Shown here: positions 1-12,087 of the stretch, piece after piece
Numbering within the stretch: position 1 is the first letter of the stretch
How the letters are laid out: each line of letters begins with the position of its first letter
Source: Azolla caroliniana
Taxonomy: Eukaryota > Plantae > Polypodiophyta
NCBI GenBank assembly: GCA_043228905.1
Contig: JBHGNT010000002.1
Span: 8,246,001-8,310,000, forward strand
DNA length: 64,000 nt
Direction of reading: 5' to 3'
Notes under the pieces: model-generated
The model's input: only the letters and a program-made list of their open reading frames with translations
Database searches by the model: none
Told to the model about the DNA's origin: nothing
Program-made: the position numbers and the translations under genes

Positions 1-350
1 AGGGAGATATGACGATTAGAAGATCATTGTGTCATAGCTAAGAATAGGAGATGGAAAAGCTCTAAAAAAAGCGTGGAAAAGAAAGCAAGCGAAACTTATC
101 TACTAGAGGAGAACTTCATATAAAGCAAGAAGAGTGAGGTGGTGAGGAGGGGCCTTTTTTGTGGGGTTTTTCTTGCCTATTCATGTAGTGCGTTTTTTTC
201 TAGTGATCAATTCATCCTTGTAGGCTTGAGTTTATGTATCTTCTTTCTCTTGTTTCTAGGATCATCACTCCTTATTAATATATCTTTGTAGATTTGGGTT
301 TCTATATCTTCCTTCTCTCTCTTTTCTATCATCATCTCTCTTTTCATTTT

Positions 351-367
351 TGGCGCTCCAGGGAGGG
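351..367 (+). promoter_or_regulatory. Primer-binding site TGGCGCTCCAGGGAGGG (tRNA-Arg-like); second copy at 3016-3032
   Basis: Begins with TGG 4 nt after the LTR end and is absent after the last LTR (5676). The tRNA assignment is from recalled similarity to TGGCGCGCCAGG-type PBSs. Confidence 0.65.
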
Positions 368-443
368 CCGATCCTTTCTGTATAACGGGAGGAACGGTTG
401 TCCACTAATTGATGGTTGGATCTACCGATTCATCATCAAACTA

Positions 444-2114
444 ATGGCACGATATGGAGTTCGCGATGCGACAGATCTACGAAGAGAACTTTTCCAATTG
501 CGTATGGTTTCACCAATGTGCTACCTCGAGTATGAGAAGACGTTTTTGGATATATGGTCCACTTGGATTGGACTTGTTGGAGGCGTTGAAGATGTATACT
601 TCAAGATGGAAAGATTCAAAGCAGGGCTAGATCCATATTTTCAATATGAAGTGCATATGAAGTACCCAAGGTCTTTCCATGATTTGCTTCGAGTATGTCA
701 AAGTTATGATCAACAATTGAAGAAGTTGTTATTCGGTGAAGCATATGGATTATCGGCGTCATATACCATAAATCCAAGCTATAATAATTGTGGATCGGTC
801 ATGAGCCAACAACCAGCCTACTTGCAATGTCCGATTCAACAGGTTCCCTCATATCATTATTCTAATTTTTGGAGTTATAATGATGTCTATGAAGGTGATT
901 CCAGAGACAATGAAGAAGAGGTGATGAATGTGGAGTCCCCCCATCTAGTTCATGAGGACAACCATGATATAAAGAATGATGATGTGAAAGACGAATCTAA
1001 GGAGATAGTTATGAGAAGCGATGTTATGGATGGTGATGCCAATGTACATCATGTTGAGGACATTATTGATACAACAAGTGATATGGTGGTTGATGATGAA
1101 TATGTGCAAGATGAAATGGAAGATATGACAAAAGAAGTTGTTGATGGTGAAGTACCCACAACGAAGTTGCAAGATGAAGAAGGTAACCTAGAAGTGATAG
1201 CTGGAGATTGGCTTTTGGAGATCAATGCGTGTAAGGAAGCATTGGTAAGTGCCAAGTTGCAGTGTATGAAGGTGTTCATGCATGATTTATGTTTTGGATT
1301 TGCATTGAGTAGCAACAAAGTTATGTGGGCATCAACTCTTCAACAACAATTTGACCAAGAGCCAAGAGATTTACTTGTAATGCATGATTGGAGTATCATT
1401 AACTTATCACCATCAAAGGATCCACCACAACTAATCAAATGTATAAAGGAGAAGGAATCATCTATCGACATTGGCAAGCAAGAAGAGGAAAGCATAACAA
1501 TTGATGAATATTCGTGGGATAGGGAAAACAAATCATTCCACATGGTGTCTAAGGAGGAAGAAGTCATTGAAGAGAAAAGTATTATCACCCTAAAGGGGAA
1601 AAAGAAGATGATTTCAAACGATGTCCAAGGAGAAGAGGATCTAAGGTTTATTTCTCTCTTTTTTAAGTTTACAAAGTTATTCATAAATGAGTATTCACAG
1701 ATAAGAGTAGAAGGCATCAAGCACCACATCAAGTTGGAGAATTTGAAGTTTGTCTCACTTATTGTGGTTGTTCCAAAGGAGAAAGACGTCAACTTCCAAT
1801 CCTTGAATGATTCAACCAAACGAGATTTATTTTTGCTTCCTTTTCGAGATGAGATTCTAGATGAAATGGTCATACATAAAAAACAAGGTAATGTGGAGAA
1901 TGTGGTGTGCCAAGAAGAAAGTCATGTTGATGAAGCAAAGATTGACATAATTCAAAATATGACAATTCTGACAAGTCTCGAAGCTTTGAAGGTATTTGTA
2001 CAAAAGGTTCGCTCGCTCGAAAGATTTATTCATATGTTAACATGCTTACTTCTATCAAGAGTTATGTATCACATAGACCTACTTCTGTTTGGAAAGTTGA
2101 TGAAGATATACTAA
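444..2114 (+). CDS. 556-aa Gag-capsid-like protein with long acidic and unknown C-terminal region (copy 1)
   Basis: First ATG after the PBS is at 444. N-terminal LFQLRM..EYEKTF..MERFKAGLDPYFQYEVHMKYPRSFHDL resembles the retrotransposon Gag capsid C-terminal helices. The ORF is uninterrupted. Confidence 0.65.
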   Translation: MARYGVRDATDLRRELFQLRMVSPMCYLEYEKTFLDIWSTWIGLVGGVEDVYFKMERFKAGLDPYFQYEVHMKYPRSFHDLLRVCQSYDQQLKKLLFGEAYGLSASYTINPSYNNCGSVMSQQPAYLQCPIQQVPSYHYSNFWSYNDVYEGDSRDNEEEVMNVESPHLVHEDNHDIKNDDVKDESKEIVMRSDVMDGDANVHHVEDIIDTTSDMVVDDEYVQDEMEDMTKEVVDGEVPTTKLQDEEGNLEVIAGDWLLEINACKEALVSAKLQCMKVFMHDLCFGFALSSNKVMWASTLQQQFDQEPRDLLVMHDWSIINLSPSKDPPQLIKCIKEKESSIDIGKQEEESITIDEYSWDRENKSFHMVSKEEEVIEEKSIITLKGKKKMISNDVQGEEDLRFISLFFKFTKLFINEYSQIRVEGIKHHIKLENLKFVSLIVVVPKEKDVNFQSLNDSTKRDLFLLPFRDEILDEMVIHKKQGNVENVVCQEESHVDEAKIDIIQNMTILTSLEALKVFVQKVRSLERFIHMLTCLLLSRVMYHIDLLLFGKLMKIY

Positions 2115-2374
2115 TTGTTGTAACCTCTTTCTTTGTGTTGACAAGGAGAAAGATGGTGATGGCAATTGTCAATGTGTATGTGTGTGTGTTTAGAAGTGTG
2201 AGGTTTTTCCTATCGACTAGCGGGGGTTTTACTCACATAGTTTGTTTCTTTTCTATTTATTTTCTCCTTCTTTGTCTATAGCCATGAATAAGGCGAAGGA
2301 GAACCTTTAGTTTTATTAGTAGCTTAGGGTTCACCATAAATGGTTCACAAAAAAGCAAGGGGGAGGGCTAAATG

Positions 2375-3011
2375 TGAAAGTGTTTTTAGAATTCAAGGTA
2401 TTGAAGTCTACAAGAATATAAGGTATGGTGCGTTCACATCCGGAGGGCAAGATCACGAGCTAAGGTCTTGAGGATAAGTCAAACAAAAAGCAAGTCACGT
2501 GGAGAAAAGTAAAAGAAGAAAAAAGCGGGCACCAAAATGCAGTCTACAACGAACGCTCATAACTCATTCGTTTGGAAGCCAAATATAATGTGTAAATATG
2601 GGTTGGAAAGTTTGTGAAGAGAGCTATCCGTAGCTTTTTAAAACTCTAAATTTGGAGCATGGATGAGGGAGATATGACGATTAGAAGATCATTGTGTCAT
2701 AGCTAAGAATAGGAGATGGAAAAGCTCTAAAAAAAGCGTGGAAAAGAAAGCAAGCGAAACTTATCTACTAGAGGAGAACTTCATATAAAGCAAGAAGAGT
2801 GAGGTGGTGAGGAGGGGCCTTTTTTGTGGGGTTTTTCTTGCCTATTCATGTAGTGCGTTTTTTTCTAGTGATCAATTCATCCTTGTAGGCTTGAGTTTAT
2901 GTATCTTCTTTCTCTTGTTTCTAGGATCATCACTCCTTATTAATATATCTTTGTAGATTTGGGTTTCTATATCTTCCTTCTCTCTCTTTTCTATCATCAT
3001 CTCTCTTTTCA
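2375..3011 (+). repeat. Shared LTR (~637 bp) of the tandem element; other copies at <1-346 and 5040-5676
   Basis: TGAAA...TTTCA inverted termini (start could be 2373, TGTG), PPT AAGGGGGAGGG at 2357-2367, TATA-like CATATAAAG inside. Confidence 0.8.
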
Positions 3012-3108
3012 TTTTTGGCGCTCCAGGGAGGGCCGATCCTTTCTGTATAACGGGAGGAACGGTTGTCCACTAATTGATGGTTGGATCTACCGATTCATCA
3101 TCAAACTA

Positions 3109-4779
3109 ATGGCACGATATGGAGTTCGCGATGCGACAGATCTACGAAGAGAACTTTTCCAATTGCGTATGGTTTCACCAATGTGCTACCTCGAGTATGA
3201 GAAGACGTTTTTGGATATATGGTCCACTTGGATTGGACTTGTTGGAGGCGTTGAAGATGTATACTTCAAGATGGAAAGATTCAAAGCAGGGCTAGATCCA
3301 TATTTTCAATATGAAGTGCATATGAAGTACCCAAGGTCTTTCCATGATTTGCTTCGAGTATGTCAAAGTTATGATCAACAATTGAAGAAGTTGTTATTCG
3401 GTGAAGCATATGGATTATCGGCGTCATATACCATAAATCCAAGCTATAATAATTGTGGATCGGTCATGAGCCAACAACCAGCCTACTTGCAATGTCCGAT
3501 TCAACAGGTTCCCTCATATCATTATTCTAATTTTTGGAGTTATAATGATGTCTATGAAGGTGATTCCAGAGACAATGAAGAAGAGGTGATGAATGTGGAG
3601 TCCCCCCATCTAGTTCATGAGGACAACCATGATATAAAGAATGATGATGTGAAAGACGAATCTAAGGAGATAGTTATGAGAAGCGATGTTATGGATGGTG
3701 ATGCCAATGTACATCATGTTGAGGACATTATTGATACAACAAGTGATATGGTGGTTGATGATGAATATGTGCAAGATGAAATGGAAGATATGACAAAAGA
3801 AGTTGTTGATGGTGAAGTACCCACAACGAAGTTGCAAGATGAAGAAGGTAACCTAGAAGTGATAGCTGGAGATTGGCTTTTGGAGATCAATGCGTGTAAG
3901 GAAGCATTGGTAAGTGCCAAGTTGCAGTGTATGAAGGTGTTCATGCATGATTTATGTTTTGGATTTGCATTGAGTAGCAACAAAGTTATGTGGGCATCAA
4001 CTCTTCAACAACAATTTGACCAAGAGCCAAGAGATTTACTTGTAATGCATGATTGGAGTATCATTAACTTATCACCATCAAAGGATCCACCACAACTAAT
4101 CAAATGTATAAAGGAGAAGGAATCATCTATCGACATTGGCAAGCAAGAAGAGGAAAGCATAACAATTGATGAATATTCGTGGGATAGGGAAAACAAATCA
4201 TTCCACATGGTGTCTAAGGAGGAAGAAGTCATTGAAGAGAAAAGTATTATCACCCTAAAGGGGAAAAAGAAGATGATTTCAAACGATGTCCAAGGAGAAG
4301 AGGATCTAAGGTTTATTTCTCTCTTTTTTAAGTTTACAAAGTTATTCATAAATGAGTATTCACAGATAAGAGTAGAAGGCATCAAGCACCACATCAAGTT
4401 GGAGAATTTGAAGTTTGTCTCACTTATTGTGGTTGTTCCAAAGGAGAAAGACGTCAACTTCCAATCCTTGAATGATTCAACCAAACGAGATTTATTTTTG
4501 CTTCCTTTTCGAGATGAGATTCTAGATGAAATGGTCATACATAAAAAACAAGGTAATGTGGAGAATGTGGTGTGCCAAGAAGAAAGTCATGTTGATGAAG
4601 CAAAGATTGACATAATTCAAAATATGACAATTCTGACAAGTCTCGAAGCTTTGAAGGTATTTGTACAAAAGGTTCGCTCGCTCGAAAGATTTATTCATAT
4701 GTTAACATGCTTACTTCTATCAAGAGTTATGTATCACATAGACCTACTTCTGTTTGGAAAGTTGATGAAGATATACTAA
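3109..4779 (+). CDS. 556-aa Gag-capsid-like protein (copy 2, identical translation)
   Basis: Repeat of 444-2114 shifted by 2,665 bp. Confidence 0.65.
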   Translation: MARYGVRDATDLRRELFQLRMVSPMCYLEYEKTFLDIWSTWIGLVGGVEDVYFKMERFKAGLDPYFQYEVHMKYPRSFHDLLRVCQSYDQQLKKLLFGEAYGLSASYTINPSYNNCGSVMSQQPAYLQCPIQQVPSYHYSNFWSYNDVYEGDSRDNEEEVMNVESPHLVHEDNHDIKNDDVKDESKEIVMRSDVMDGDANVHHVEDIIDTTSDMVVDDEYVQDEMEDMTKEVVDGEVPTTKLQDEEGNLEVIAGDWLLEINACKEALVSAKLQCMKVFMHDLCFGFALSSNKVMWASTLQQQFDQEPRDLLVMHDWSIINLSPSKDPPQLIKCIKEKESSIDIGKQEEESITIDEYSWDRENKSFHMVSKEEEVIEEKSIITLKGKKKMISNDVQGEEDLRFISLFFKFTKLFINEYSQIRVEGIKHHIKLENLKFVSLIVVVPKEKDVNFQSLNDSTKRDLFLLPFRDEILDEMVIHKKQGNVENVVCQEESHVDEAKIDIIQNMTILTSLEALKVFVQKVRSLERFIHMLTCLLLSRVMYHIDLLLFGKLMKIY

Positions 4780-5676
4780 TTGTTGTAACCTCTTTCTTTG
4801 TGTTGACAAGGAGAAAGATGGTGATGGCAATTGTCAATGTGTATGTGTGTGTGTTTAGAAGTGTGAGGTTTTTCCTATCGACTAGCGGGGGTTTTACTCA
4901 CATAGTTTGTTTCTTTTCTATTTATTTTCTCCTTCTTTGTCTATAGCCATGAATAAGGCGAAGGAGAACCTTTAGTTTTATTAGTAGCTTAGGGTTCACC
5001 ATAAATGGTTCACAAAAAAGCAAGGGGGAGGGCTAAATGTGAAAGTGTTTTTAGAATTCAAGGTATTGAAGTCTACAAGAATATAAGGTATGGTGCGTTC
5101 ACATCCGGAGGGCAAGATCACGAGCTAAGGTCTTGAGGATAAGTCAAACAAAAAGCAAGTCACGTGGAGAAAAGTAAAAGAAGAAAAAAGCGGGCACCAA
5201 AATGCAGTCTACAACGAACGCTCATAACTCATTCGTTTGGAAGCCAAATATAATGTGTAAATATGGGTTGGAAAGTTTGTGAAGAGAGCTATCCGTAGCT
5301 TTTTAAAACTCTAAATTTGGAGCATGGATGAGGGAGATATGACGATTAGAAGATCATTGTGTCATAGCTAAGAATAGGAGATGGAAAAGCTCTAAAAAAA
5401 GCGTGGAAAAGAAAGCAAGCGAAACTTATCTACTAGAGGAGAACTTCATATAAAGCAAGAAGAGTGAGGTGGTGAGGAGGGGCCTTTTTTGTGGGGTTTT
5501 TCTTGCCTATTCATGTAGTGCGTTTTTTTCTAGTGATCAATTCATCCTTGTAGGCTTGAGTTTATGTATCTTCTTTCTCTTGTTTCTAGGATCATCACTC
5601 CTTATTAATATATCTTTGTAGATTTGGGTTTCTATATCTTCCTTCTCTCTCTTTTCTATCATCATCTCTCTTTTCA

Positions 5677-6700
5677 ATATGCAACAACCAGAATGATTCG
5701 TCAAAAAGAGACAGGAGAACTTGGTATGCCGGCTGAAGAAGAGTCTTTACGGACTGAAGCATATTCCCTGGCAATGGTACCGGAAGTTCGAATCCTTAAT
5801 GGCCGACCAAGGATACCACAAGATGCAAGCTAATCACTACATGTTCATGAAGAAGTTTGACGAAGGAGACTTTCTAATCCTATTGTTGTACATAGACAAC
5901 ATGCTGATTATCGGGCAGGACCATATCAAGATCGGAATGTTGAAGAAGGCTTTGAGCAGGTCTTTCTCAATGAAGGATCTGGGTCAGGCAAGGCAAATCC
6001 TGGGGATGCACATTGTTCGGGACTCGATAAAGAGGTTATTGTGGTTGTCACATGAGAAGTACGTGACAAAGGTGCTCCAGAGATTCAGCATGGAAAACGC
6101 AAAGCCGACCAACTCGACACTACAGACCAACAGTAAGTTGTCTGGGAGACAAAGTTTGAAGATAAAGACGGAGAAAGTTGAGATGATGAAGGTACCCTAC
6201 ACCTCAGCAGTCGGGATTTTGATGTACGCGATGGTGTGTACTAGGGTGGACATCGGATACGTAGTCAGAGTCGTCAGCCAATTCATGAGCAATCGGGGCA
6301 GAGAACATTGGGCAACAGTCAAGTGGATACTCCAGTACCTTCAAGACAGCTCAAGCACGTGCCTCTGATTCGGCTTAGATAAACCCATACTAGAAGGTTT
6401 TATTGATTCGAACATGTCGGCTAATGTGGATACCGGCCGGTTCACATCCGGATATGTCATGACCTATGCAGGGGCAACTGTCTCGTGGTAGTTGAGGTTG
6501 GAGAAGTTCGTGGCACTGTCAACCACTGAAGCGGAGGACATGGCAAAGAAATAATTTGAATGAAAGACTTTATGGAGAGTTGGGGATTCGACAGAAGGAA
6601 TTCCAACTCTACTGCAATAACCAAAGTGCCATCCACCTTGCAAAGAATGGCGCCTACCAGTTGAGGACCAAGCACATTCAAAGAAGATACCACTAGCTCC
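5677..6700 (+). pseudogene. Ty1/Copia (Tnt1/Tork-like) RT-RNase H fragment
   Basis: VCRLKKSLYGLK, LLLYIDNM (degenerate YVDD), DLGQARQILGM, VPYTSAVGILMYAMVCTR, ALSTTEAE, RTKHI. Contains stops; cut by the tandem element on the left and the chromovirus on the right. Confidence 0.9.
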
Positions 6701-7150
6701 TGTCATGAATACATAAACATCATGGTTGCACTTGGGCTTGAACCCAAGGACTTGTAATACATAATCAAGAACCTAACCATTAAGATAGCATATGATCATA
6801 TGAAATGATAAAAGCTACTTCTTGTAATAGACTCAGTATTTTAAATGTTCTGGAACATTCTAGAATATCCTAGAACATCTTAGACTATTCTAGGTCTAGA
6901 ACATTCTAGAGCATTATAGAAATCTCTAGGCTATTCTATAGGAACCTATAAATATAGACATACAATTCTTCTCAAACCAATTCGAATCAACACTAGTCTT
7001 AAGCTTTCATCGCTTATCTTGTATCCATTTTCATTCTATCTTATTAATACATTCATTCTTCTCTTGTCACTTCATTCCTCTCTTCTTGTGATCTCTTTAC
7101 ATCTTTCTTCTGCCACTCTATCATTTCTCTTAGTTCTGATAGTTTGATTC

Positions 7151-7155
<5 letters not shown>

Positions 7156-7200
<45 letters not shown>
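7156..7200. repeat. (CT)n microsatellite within the chromovirus LTR
   Basis: About 22 CT units. Confidence 0.9.
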
Positions 7201-7202
<2 letters not shown>

Positions 7203-7231
7203 TTATCCTCCTCGATAAACATCACGAAACC

Positions 7232-10200
7232 ATGGTTGCCATTAACTCAGAAGAATATATCACCTTTGTTGCAGAAATGGAGAATCTTAAATCCAAGTTC
7301 GCATCTCTTGAATTAGAGAATCAACGTCTTCTTGGGGATCTACAAAAGGTTACTTTGGAGAAGCAACAACAAGAAGAAGAGTTTACGCGACAGGTGCAAC
7401 AATTAGAATCGACAATTGTAATTTTACAACAACAAAGGGTCGAAGGTCAAGGAAGTATTAAGAAGCCCAAAATCAGTCTCCCAGCTAAATTTGATGGTTC
7501 GAGGGCGCATTTCTGAGGTTTCTTGAATCAAGTGCAGTTGGTAATCCAAATGCATCCCACGCGTTATCCGGCAGATGCATCACGAATCGGGTTAGTGGGC
7601 ACCTTATTGACTGGCATAGCGTTGTCATGGTTTGCTCCATTACTAGAGACAAATTCTCCTCTACTGCATAATTTCGAGGAGTTTGTCAAAGAATTTAAGG
7701 CTTGCTTCGGAGGTACAGATGGGGCAAGAACAACAATTAACAAGATTCATACACTACGTCAAGGTGATCAACCAACCTCAACATATGCAACTATTTTCCA
7801 TCTCATTGCAACCGATATTCCTTGGGATGAACAAGCCCTAATGCAACAATTTCATTTCGGTCTTCATAGTGATGTGAAGGACTTCTTACCTTCCCCGAGG
7901 ATCCAAAATCACTTACAGAAGCTATTAGTTGATCAATACATTGTGATAATCATCTTTTTGAGCGTCAATCTGAGCGACAACAACAAATAACAAGATCAAG
8001 ATACACACCAACTTATGCATCAGTAACGACGCAATCGTCTCCAAGGCAAACGTATAGCCCTGCTCCAACCCCAAGGCAAACACGTAGTCCAACCCCAATG
8101 GAAAGGCCGACACCCATGGAGATCGATATGACCCAACAACGAGGAACATTGTTGGACGAAGAAAAGCAACGACGCCGAGCAAACCGTTTGTGCTTATATT
8201 TCGGAGGTCCAGGACATATAGCCATTCATTGCTCCCATAGGCCAAGACGTCAGATAAATCAAATTCACTATGACAATAAAAATGAGTCCAACATTTTAGA
8301 AGCACTTAGTGATTCTAATATTATGAATGATCCACCCTTGTCCAATAAGTTTGAATTCCTAAGCCAATTAGAAGAGGAGTCAAACGAATAAGTCCGGCCA
8401 AAATAGGAGCCATTTGGTTGGACAACCCTAGATCTGTAGTGAAGGTTCCATTTCATCCAAGCATGTTAGTAGAGTCTTCTCAACCCAAGTACAAGTTAGG
8501 ACACCGAGTTTCCAACTTCACGTCCAAGCCCTCTTGGATACTGGAGCCAATTCTTGTTTCATAGATAGAGATTTTGCCCAAAAACATCAAATATCCTTGC
8601 ATACACTTCCTTGCCCAGTTTCTGTAGTAGTGATTGATGGACGTCCCATAGCTTCCGGGAAGATATTCGAAGAGTCTGAGCTAATACACATACTCTTAGG
8701 TGATTTTGGATGTGTAGTCTCCTTAAACATAATCCGAAGCCTCGAGCATCCAATTGTCCTTGGTTTGCCATGGTTTGAGCTACATAACCCAAGAATAAAT
8801 TGGAGGAGGCGAGAAATTTGGTGCCCTTCTACAGAACACATCATTGTTAAGGATTGAACCTAGGACTATTCCCTTAAAGAATATAGTTCTACCAGTGCAT
8901 CATCTCCTTTTAACCAAATCTCAACCATCACATTGCTAAGGATCGAAAAGAGCCATCGTGGAGTCCGATCTACAATCTATCATCAACTGAGCTTGAGGTT
9001 CTTCGAGAATACATTGAGGAGAATATTGCACATGGGTTTATTTGACATTCAAAGTCTCCTGCCGGTGCTCCTATATTTTTTGTGAAGAAAAAGGATGAGT
9101 CGCTTCGTTTGGTCGTGGACTATCAAGGATTAAATAAAGTCACCGTAAGAAATAGATATGTTCTTCCTTTAATCTCCAGTCTTTTAGAGCGCATTGGTGG
9201 GGTAAAGCATTTTACAAAGATTGATTTAAGGGGTGCATATAATCTTGTTCGCATTCGACCAACAAATGAGTGGAAAACAACATTTTGCACTTAGTATGGT
9301 CATTTCGAGTATACAGTCATGCCTTTCGGGCTCACAAATGCACCCACAGTTTTCCAACATATGGCAAATGACATTTTCCGGGATTTTCTAGATATTTTTC
9401 TCATAATCTATTTAGTTTATCTGTTGATTTACTCTAAAACATAGGAGGAGCATGATATACATGTCCAGAAAGTACTTTAATGCTTAAGAAAGTATGGTCT
9501 GTATGCCAAACTTGAGAAGTGCAGTTTTGAGAGCGAACAAGTCGAATTCTTGGGTTATATTATTTCATCTAAGGGTATCTTCATGGATCTAGCAAAAGTC
9601 AAAACAATATTGGAATGGCAACCCCCACGTTTTGTTTGAGACATCCAATGTTTTCTCGGATTTGCTAACTTCTATCGCAAATTCATATGGAATTATTGAA
9701 AGATCGTGTTGCCTCTCACCCAACTCACCAAGAAGAATCATGCATTTGTTTGGACTATTGAAGCGGACACAACCTTTACTCAGCTCAAAGAGGCATTCAC
9801 ATTAGCTCCTATATTAGCACATATTGATCCCGAAAAGCCATTTACCATTGAAGTGGATGCATCAGACTTTGCATTGGGGAATATCCTATCCCAACCAGGC
9901 AAGGACGGGCAGTCCCATCCAGTCGTGTTCCACTCGAGAAAATCTACTGCTGCGGGACAAGGAGTTACTACTTGTGGTTGAGTCTTTCGAGCAATGGCGA
10001 CATTTCTTGGAAGGTTTTCTTCATCAAATCATCATTTATAGTGATCACAAAAATCTTACGTATTTTCAAACAGCTCGAATGTTAAATAGGAGACAAGCTC
10101 GGTGGGCATAGTTTCTAACTCATTTTGATGTCAAGATCGTTTTCCGCCCTGGGAAGCACCAAGGGAAGGCAGATGCTCTATCTCAACGTTCATATCTCGC

Positions 10201-11880
10201 ACCTCGACGTGGAGATCCATCCTTCAACAACCAAAAGAAAATTCTCCTAGGACCAATAGTTTATGCCACGCCACTTGATTCACGCCTTGTTGATACTATT
10301 TGGCAACAACTTCACTCTAATGATTTCGCTAAGGATGTCTCGGCCCACATTAGTCCAAGCCATGCATCTTGCTCCACATTGCAAGGTTCATCTCAACATT
10401 ATCAGGAATTCAAGTGGCAAGATGGCTTACTCTTTTACAAGAATCTCCTTTACGTCCCTGATGGATCACCCCGCCTTCAAGTATTAGAGCATTGTCATGA
10501 TGCCCCTATGGCTGGACATTTTGGTATTGCAAAGACCATGGAGTTGGTGAACCGCTTGTTTTGGTGGCCTCATTTGAAAAAATTTGTCGAAGATTATGTT
10601 CATACATGTGACACCTGTTGTCGAGCCAAAATACCCAAGCATCATCCTTATGGCTTGTTACAATCATTATCGCCTCCAACCAAGACATGGCAATCTATTT
10701 CTATGTATTTCATTACGGATTTGCCACCTTCAAAAGGATTTGATACTATTTTAACAATAGTGGATCGATTTACCAAGATGCCACATTTTTTACCATGTGT
10801 AAAGAGCATCAGTAGTTAGGAAATCACAAATATCGTTATGCGTGAAGTGTTTCACCATCATGGTCTTCCAGACGATATAATTACCGATCGTGGTCCTCAA
10901 TTTATCTCTCACTTTTGAAAGCACCTATGGGCGGGACTCAAAATCTCCTTCAAACTCTCTTCGGCTTATCATCCACAAACCGGCGGACAAATAGAGTGCA
11001 CAAATCAAACGCTCAAGCAGTATCTTCGATGCTTCATCAGTTATCAACAAGATGATTGGAGTAATATTTACATCTTGCTAAGTTTGCATACAACAACGCA
11101 ATACACTCTTCTACCAAGGTTACACCTTTCTTTGCCTACACCGGCAACCATCCTCGATGGTGTATCTTGGATCTTCCCAAGGTCGCATGAAACCTTAGTG
11201 TTGAGCATCATCTTCATCGGCTACATCGAATCCAGTTAGCATTATCTTCACATCTTCAGACACCTCAAGCACAACATAAGACCAACGCAGATCGACATCG
11301 TCTTAAATCTCCTTTTAAGGTTGGTGACCAAGTATGGTTGCTTCGTCGTCACATCAAGACTACCCGACCATGTGAGAAGCTTGATTATCAACGCTTAGGT
11401 CCTTTTCTCATTAGTGCACGTATTAACAATGCCACCTTTTGTCTTAATATTCCAACACACATGTGGCTTCACCTAGTCTTTCATAGCTCTCTTTTGGAAC
11501 CTTGTTGCATATCTTCCATTCCTAATTATGTTGTGCCACCTCCACCCTCTGTCCAACTTGTTCACGGCCCTAAATACGAGGTAGCTGCTATTCTCGATTC
11601 TAAGATTGTGCGAAATAAGCTCTATTATTTGCACGGCCCTAAATACGAGGTAGCTGCTATTCTCGATTCTCAGATTGTGCGAAATAAGCTCTATTATTTG
11701 GTTGACTGGGTAGGCTATCCTCCGAGTGATCGCACTTGGGAACCCGTCAATAATGTTTCTAATGCTCAAGCTCTTGTCAAAGACTTCCATCGCTGTTATC
11801 CAAACAAACCGAGCCCTACATTGTTAACGACGACTTCCACTTGTCGTTCTCGGAGGGGAGATAGTGTCATGAATACATAA
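7232..11880 (+). pseudogene. Chromovirus gag-pol: Gag, Zn knuckle, protease, RT, RNase H, integrase, chromodomain (many stops and frameshifts)
   Basis: KISLPAKFDGSR and LTGIALSWF (Gag), [93 protein letters not shown]. Confidence 0.9.
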
Positions 11881-12087
11881 ACATCATGGCTTCACTTGGG
11901 CTTGAACCCAAGACCTTGTAATACATAATCAAGAACCTAACCATTAAGATAGCATATGATCATATAAAATGATAAATGCTACTTCTTGTAATAGATTCAA
12001 TCTTTTAAATGTTCTGGAACATTCTAGAACATTTTAGAATATCCTAGAACATCTTAGAATATTCTAGGTCTAGAACATTCTAGAACA

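Larger units (their letters stand above)
1..5676 (+). mobile_element. Tandem array of a small non-autonomous Gag-only LTR retroelement (TR-GAG/TRIM-like): LTR-internal-LTR-internal-LTR, period 2,665 bp, left end outside the window
   Basis: AGGGAGATATGACG recurs at 1, 2666 and 5331 and the two ORF translations are identical. The repeat stops at ...TTTTCA (5676), where Copia RT sequence begins. A PBS-like motif follows each internal LTR and a PPT precedes each. Confidence 0.85.
6701..12087 (+). mobile_element. Degenerate Ty3/Gypsy chromovirus (Tcn1-like); 5' LTR 6701-~7225, truncated 3' LTR 11865-~12087
   Basis: TGTCATGAATACATAAACATCATGG at 6701 and 11865, PPT GGAGGGGAGATAG before 11865, no TGG PBS apparent after the 5' LTR. 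Confidence 0.85.

Noticed and set aside
294-443. N-terminal 50 aa of the 606-aa ORF in the track
   Set aside because: It starts at a TTG inside the LTR and crosses the PBS. The first plausible eukaryotic ATG is at 444.
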